NCBI RefSeq assembly: GCF_048593235.1
Contig: NC_133618.1
Coordinates: 498,003,675-498,067,674, forward strand
Direction of reading: 5' to 3'
From: Sminthopsis crassicaudata
Lineage: Eukaryota
DNA: 64,000 nt
A program made the position numbers and the translations under genes. Shown in pieces: positions 41,476-64,000 of this stretch. The notes beneath the pieces were generated by a model. That model was not told the origin of the DNA. It was given only the letters and a program-made list of their open reading frames with translations, and searched no databases. Every line of letters begins with the position of its first letter. The stretch's first letter is position 1.

Positions 41476-42162
41476 TTGTATCTTCCCCTCTTTTCTTCAT
41501 TTTTTTATAATTTTGTAATTTTTTAAATTTTGTAATTAAAATCATTTAAAGCAGGGCCTGTTAAAGAGCAAAGTTTGCTGGACTGAGGCAGCCCCAGAAT
41601 CTCTTTGTGCCTGTTGGAATGAGAAGCTGGGAAGACTGGAAGAGGGGGGGAAGGTGGAAAGGGGTTTGTGTGTTTATCTCTTCAGGAGACTGGAGAGGAG
41701 GTGAGCCTCAAAGGGGGGATACTGCGAAGCCTCTAGTTGGGGCTGGGGAAGATGACTGACAGATGTGATCCCTGAGTCATTGTCACAGCATCAATTTAAA
41801 TAAGGCTCAGAATTAGATTTGGGAAAAGGGAATTGGACTTGGCTCAGATGAAGTTGTGTTTTGGCTAGGAGCTTTGGGCCCAGGGTGAGGGAGGGCAGAA
41901 AGGCAATGGAGACCAGCATCCAAATCTTCACCCACCTCTGCCACTAACAGTGGAGAAGGTACTTCACGTGGCAGAACTTGGAACTGCCCACCTCCGCTTC
42001 TTGGGCTACCAGGCCAGCCCTGTTTAAGCTTTCCAGAAGCCCTGGGGCAAAGGTCATTCTGCCAGCAGCAAGTCTGGACCAAAGCTCCCACGCAGATTCC
42101 CCAGATAATCTGAAGATCAGGTAAAGGGGTGGCACAGTGGGAAAGGAGTTGCCCCTGCTCAC

Positions 42163-47960
<5,798 letters not shown>

Positions 47961-48624
47961 CCGGAAGACCCGCTTCTGCTCCTGCCTCAAATGTTTCCCA
48001 GCAAGTCACTAATCCCAGCCTGTTTCCTCAGATGTAAAGGGGGATAATCATCGCACTTCCGAGATTCCTTGTGAGAATCAGATGAGTTACTTAATATTTG
48101 TGTAGTTTTTGAAAACTGCCTTTTCTAGAAGCTGGAAAACACAATTCAAATAACTTGGAGCCAGTCAGGATCACACAAGATGTAGCAGCTTCCACGCTAC
48201 AGGAACAAAGGGCTTGGAATAGGACACTATGGAGACCGAGGAGCTAGGATTACAAGCCAGAAGCCTTGCGAAACAAGACGGGTAATAACCCTTCAGGAGG
48301 AAAAAAACGTATATCGAACGAAAAGAGGATTTCAAGCATTCCTGATAAACCATCGGAGTTCCATTTTAACATCTTGGCCTTCTTTTACAAAATTCCCCAA
48401 AAAAGCATCAAAAGATAAAAGGGAGAACTCCTAAGGGACTCAGAAAGGTGAAACTTCACAACCCTCCACGGGAGGTGACTCCCAAGAACTTTATTGTTCT
48501 TGGGGTGGCTGGAAGGATTCTATATAGAGGGCATTATGTGAGTCAGTTACATTGGGACCATCTCCAAAAAAGTGCTTCTTCCCTTACCCTTATCCCCACC
48601 CCTCCCCCACATCTGAAGAATTGA

Positions 48625-49060
48625 ATTGCGCTCAGTTTTGGAGGCCGTGGTTTAAGGAGGGCAGTGATAAACTGGAGAGAGATGTTCAGAGGAAGGAGAT
48701 GCTGACAGTTCTGGTGTTTAGCCTAGATAAGTGAGATTTGAGGAGGAAGGACATGTCAACTGTCTGTAAATACAGACAAATAAAGGCAAATGGAACCGGG
48801 TTAGGGTGGGTTTTGTTGGGACCCAGTGAACAGTCAGAAGCAATCCATGGAAGTGCAAAGAAGCGAATTTAGACTTGATGCCACGAAAGACCTTGTAGGT
48901 ATTAGAACTATCCCAGAGTCCGGTGGGCTGGCTGCCTCACGAGGCGGTAGGGACCTGTTAAAGTTCTTCCAAGAGGTGAGCTAACCGTTCATCTGCTATT
49001 ATAATGAGAATTCCTTTCTAACATGGGGTAGTTTTGAAGGCTTATGAGATCCCTTCCATG
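48625..49060 (+). mobile_element. CR1/L3 LINE 3' fragment
   Basis: cagttttgg..tttaagga..gataaactggagagagatgttcagagga..tttagcctaga..tttagacttgatg, typical of L3 RT-end and 3' UTR. Confidence 0.6.
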
Positions 49061-49539
49061 GCTAAAATTCTGTTCTTTAAATTGAACAATGTCAAGAATA
49101 TCAATTTAGAAGCAGCCACAGACCTCTGGGGACTGGTCAGTTTGAGCCTCTTCCCCAGGGACTCTTCAGCCTGCGTTCAGTGCTCTCCATAGTCTGCTAC
49201 TACTTCTCCAGCCATACGTGGAGGTCTGAAATTCAGCCCTAACTGATCACCTCGGGTGGATACAGAAGGGAGCAGAGGGAAAGATGCTGAACTCAAATCC
49301 TCTTTCTGCTACTTTGTATCTGTATGACTCAGACACCTAGCTTCCCCAAGGCTCTATTCTGGGCCCTTTCCTTTTTTTTTTTTTTTTGATACATTTTCTT
49401 TTTATTTATCCTTATCAGGTGCCATGGATTTAAAGATATCTTTGTAAAGGATTCTAAATCTACGTATCCTGCCTCATTCTCTCCTGCCTCATTCTCTCCT
49501 AAGCTTCAAAGCCACACCACTAACCACCGTCGGGACATG

Positions 49540-50340
49540 TCAAACCAGATGTCTGCTGGGATTGCAACTTCAAGCTGTCCAAAGCAGAGCCCATTATCTT
49601 TCTCCCCAAATCCACTGCTCTTTCACATCTCCCTATTTCAGGAACACTACCCATTGAGGTTCACAAACTTGCTGTCATTGACTCCTCACTCTCCCTTACC
49701 AGTATCTGATCAGTGACAGTATCTTGTTTCTATCTCCACATCTACTGCATGTGTACCATTTTTCCTACTCACAAGCCCCTCCCCCCCCCAGTTCAGGCCC
49801 TTATCACTTTCCACTCAGACTAGTGGGAGGGCTTCCTGTTTGGTTTTCTTGTCCCCAGTGTCTCTCCAACTCCATCTTTCACACATCCACAAGTGAAATT
49901 TTTTTCTTCTCCTCTGACAATCCCAACTCAATTCCAGCACCTCCCTATTAGCCTTAGAATCTAATGTCAACTCCTTTCTTGGGCATTCCAAGGTCTTCTC
50001 TTTCCTTCTTTACCACCTTCCAGTCCAGCCACGCTGAGCTACTCAGGCAGTGTTGCATTGTGTGTGAGGAGCACACCTCCGTGGCCTGACACTGCCCATC
50101 CCCATGCCTGAGATGCCCTTCTCACCTGAACTTCTTGGAATTCCTAGTTTCCTTTGAAGCTGCTTCTGCTGAAGGCCTTAATTCATGTCTCTGCTAGTAC
50201 CTTCCTATCCAGTTACCTTGTATTTGCTTTGTCTCATATATTCCTATGTAAATTGATGTTTTCTTCCCATTAGAATGTAAGCTCCTTGAGAACAGAGACC
50301 ATATGAGCCCTTAGCTCAGTCCTGACATTTAATGCTTCCG
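49540..50340 (+). mobile_element. LINE-2 body and 3' end
   Basis: cttcaagctgtccaaagcagagcccattatcttt..cttccactcagacta..tagaatgtaagctccttgagaacagagacc, characteristic L2 sequence. Confidence 0.7.
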
Positions 50341-50814
50341 TGTTTCTTGTTTGTTGATTGACTAATTTCCTTATCTGTAAGATGAGTGGATTGTACTTAG
50401 GTGATCTTCAAAGTGCCTTCTGTCCAGTTCATTTTCTCCATTTTTCTTGTCCTCTGCTTAGGTCATGGGCCTGCCAGTGGGCCCCATGGGTGTTTCTCAG
50501 TCCCATTGGTGACCATTCTTCCCTCTCAAGGCCCTCAGGACTCAGTATAATGGGGCAGAACATATATTGCCCTGAGAGGACCAGAAAAATAGTTTGACCA
50601 GAATAAAATTTCATTTGGAAAGTGTGAAGTAACAAAGAGAAAACAAGTCAAAAGCTTCATGGTGTCTTAAAAAAAGAACACTGAGTTCAGGGGCAGAAAA
50701 CCTGGTTTTGACTCCTACTACTTACTTCCTATGAGATTGTGGACAGATCAGGTCCCTTCCTTTGGGTCTCAACTTCCCCCCATCAGTAAACTGAGATTGA
50801 ATTAGATCATCTCC

Positions 50815-51324
50815 TCATTATGGGCCAAAACTTGAAACAAGGTGTTAAGTCAGTGGAATTGATAGAGACAATGGTTGTTTAGCAGGGTGCTTAACAGTTC
50901 TCTAAATGTATTTAGTACTTATTAGAATTCCACAAGAATTCACACCTTTAAGAGAATATATATAAGGAGGAGTTCTCAAGCCCACTAGAGAAGCCCACTA
51001 ACCCACAAGCCCATTCTCTCAGAGGCGGAGTCAGATTCATTCTATTTTCCACGTTTGTGTGGGCTGGAAGCTGAAGGACAAACCTTTGCATTCGGAGACA
51101 TTCAAAGGGAGCTCTTGGAACCAAGGAGAGAGATATAGACTGTTATTAAAGCTAATCAGGTGCAGGAAAAGATTCAAGACTTTGAAGGAGAAAATAAAGG
51201 ATTTGGACTTTAACTCCTGGCTGCATTTGGGGTGATTGAACTGAACTGAAACTAAGGCTGTTCCCAGAAGCTCCCCAAGAAACCTGCTCCCAGAGAACAT
51301 TATCATTTAGAGAAGAACATTACA
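50815..51324 (+). mobile_element. ERV solo LTR between TOR2A and SH2D3C
   Basis: Ends ..agaacattaca; 5-bp TSD tctcc (50810-50814, 51325-51329). Internal TATATATAAG (~50960) and AATAAA (~51194). The 5' TG terminus is degenerate. Confidence 0.8.
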
Positions 51325-51507
51325 TCTCCTATTATAAAAGATGGTCGTCTCTGAAAGGTTTTGTTTAGCCCTAAATTCTAGATACAAACATTCCATATTT
51401 TTATCTCTCTGTAGCTAACATAATATGAAACTTAACAATATGGTTTTTCATCTAACTAAATTATATAAAATAAACATTTCTTCTGCAGAAATGGGTTTAA
51501 AGTAATG

Positions 51508-51552
51508 TTAAAATTGTTTTTACATGTAATTGGGGAAAGATAAAATAAAAGA
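51508..51552 (+). mobile_element. 45-bp retroelement tail with perfect 21-bp TSD
   Basis: agaaatgggtttaaagtaatg at 51487-51507 and 51553-51573 flanks ttaaaattgtttttacatgtaattggggaaagataaaataaaaga (L1-type terminus). Confidence 0.7.
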
Positions 51553-52298
51553 AGAAATGGGTTTAAAGTAATGAGGAGCAGGAGATTTATTAGAAAGAAT
51601 AATAGGACCAATAAGAACAGATTACAGAAAAAGATCACAAAGCATCCCTTCTCTATGAGGGGAGATTCTTGTATAGAGTCCTTAAGTAGAAGGGGGCCAG
51701 TGTATTAGAGTCCAAGTAATAAACTCCCTGTCTCCATTTTTGTCTGGTAACTTTCAGTGGTTTTTAGGATCTTAGAAGCACAGATTTAGAGCTGAAAAGA
51801 ACTTTAGGGACTGTCTAATGGAACCCCTTCATTGTATAGATGAGAAAAATGAGGCCCAGAGAGATTCTACCTTTCCCAAACTGGCAGGTAGCAAGCTGGG
51901 CTGAGCTAGGACGTGAATCAAAGCCTTCTGACCACAAATCCAATGTGTTTTCTGCTGTACCATGGATTTCTCCCAACTTGTAAAATAGAAGCATTACAAC
52001 ATCCTCCTTTGAAGATGAAAATCAGTTCCACCCTTTCCCAGGGCCTTCTTGGCTCAGGACCCAAGGAATTATTGGACTCAAGACCAAATCAATAACCAGT
52101 AGGCACTTAATGCACCCCAACCAAATGGATTTGGAGGACCAGTGACCACAAGTAACCTCTTTGATGCTGGCAGACCCCACTACCCAAGAAGCTGCAGGTG
52201 AGAGGAAGCTGTTTGAGTTTGACCATTGTCCAAGGAAAAAAACTTCCCTTCCCCCATCTTTTCTCCAGGCCTCAAGGAAAGATGAAGATCCAGAAAGG

Positions 52299-52304
52299 TT
52301 TATT
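52299..52304 (-). terminator. Probable SH2D3C poly(A) signal
   Basis: TTTATT on + (AATAAA on -), ~650 nt beyond the stop codon, preceded by typical 3'UTR-end TGTAAATA/TGTACA motifs. Confidence 0.55.
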
Positions 52305-52950
52305 GTATGAAAGAAAGAACACAACATCTGTACATCTATTTACAAAATGAATTGGACTTATTTACAGCAAAATTGAGTCTCTTCCCAGCAGAGGAAGAAG
52401 AGAGGGAGGGAAACAGAGACCCAAAGTCAAGAAGAAAAGGCCTCCAATGGAAATATAGGGCACCGGGGGGGGGGGGGAAGAATTGGAGAGAGAAGGAAAA
52501 GAATTAAGGGAAGGGGCCCTGGGGCCTTCTTCTCAGGAGGCCCACCAAACACGTAAGGGGAAAACCAGGGGAATAGGTTGGGAGCGATGTCAAGGACCAT
52601 CACAGGTGCTCAGGGAAGCTGGGAAAAACACCAGAGGAGAGGCTAGGAGGTATTCCTTGAACAGTGTCGGTCAGGGGTACCAGGGAGGGAATAAGGGCTT
52701 AAGTGGGGGACTGTGCTGGGCACTACACGGCCCTTTCCAAGTCCCAAAGGCTCTAACAACCCCATGTCCCTCAGATGATGCCTCCAGTGTATTTGGACAG
52801 TCTGGCTGCTTTTTGTATTGCAAGGGTTTTGGTTTGTGTTGGGCCCCAGGCCTGCAGGGGATAACTGTCTCTTCCCTTTTCTCCTGCCCCCAAATGCTGC
52901 CTGCAGCCATGAGGGTGGGGAGGATTGGGGTGATGGAGTGCTCAGGAAGG

Positions 52951-63097
<10,147 letters not shown>

Positions 63098-64000
63098 CTG
63101 GGAAAAGAAAGAGAGAGTGTGAGCCACTGATTGGAAATTCCTCCCATCTAATCCCTTTGCAAATGGTTTCCTCCATCCCGGGAAGTTCCAAGGCCCGTGG
63201 TCTAGCAGATTTCCCCAACAATAAGGAGAATTCCTTAAATATCTCTGGACAGAGCTTTCCCGTTCCTAATGACAGTCACCTGGTGATATAATCGGTACAG
63301 AAATGAGTATTTACATTTAAAAGATGAAAAGGCAGAGGCGCAGAAAAAGAAAGGGATTTCCTAAGATCACAGGAGAGTTAGTGGGGAAGCCAGGATTTTC
63401 TAATCCCACAACTCCTGAATGCCAATCAAACCTCTTCCCACTCCCCCTATATGATGCTTCCTTCTCTCCAGTCTTTGCAACCTTGACACTTGATGCCACA
63501 TGTTCCCTCCTCCCTCTTCTCTTGCCACAGGTGTGAACTTGACAGTTATTCTTAGCTCTTCCATCCCTAGTGGGCAGGAGGCTGACGGAATCCTGGAGAG
63601 ACCCAAGGCCTGAGAGAATAACCAGGAGGGAGGGAGATGAGGGGTTGCAATTTCCTTTATCAGGATAGGATTTGAAGAAAAGCAGCTGCCCTGACTTAGC
63701 TTGGAGGATTAGACACAAGAGAAATTTATGCCTTATTGACAACCTTAGTTATTGCTTTAAGCAGACCCATTCCAAAATAGAAGACCCAGACACTTTAGGG
63801 AAAGAATGCATTTAAGGAGAAAAAAGCTCTGGACAGGGCTATTCTACTGGTGGGCTGTGTCACCTTATGCCATGGCTCCACTCTGAACCTCAGCTTGTCC
63901 TGGCTCTGACATTCCCAGTGAAGAGTTTGAAGGGGGGGCTGAGAGACCTAGCTCAGGCAAACTACAATTGAAAAGATCACCCTAAAGCTTAGAGTGGGAA

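Overview
Mammalian genomic DNA, most likely marsupial and probably dasyurid. This is inferred from the L1, SINE, LTR and RTE repeat families, not from any database match. The window covers the block syntenic with human 9q34.11: CFAP157 (+), PTRH1 (-), TTC16 (+), TOR2A (-) and the 3' part of SH2D3C (-). All exon chains were traced by hand through GT-AG junctions with matching phases. Main surprise: CFAP157, single-copy in human and mouse, is present as two tandem 9-exon copies (577-8689 and 14664-23438). Both have intact ORFs, near-identical exon sizes and a 41/42-identical RFX-type promoter block, yet the proteins are strongly diverged (37-71% identity in exons 1-4) and appear to retain complementary C-terminal motifs. 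Other points of note: two convergent gene pairs with interlocked poly(A) signals (one a perfect AATAAATTTATT palindrome), a conserved-but-altered salusin reading frame in TOR2A, an unexplained ~150-bp direct repeat bracketing the last PTRH1 exon, and a remodelled TTC16 tail. Human and mouse comparisons are from memory and need alignment to confirm. No CRISPR, rRNA or tRNA genes were seen.
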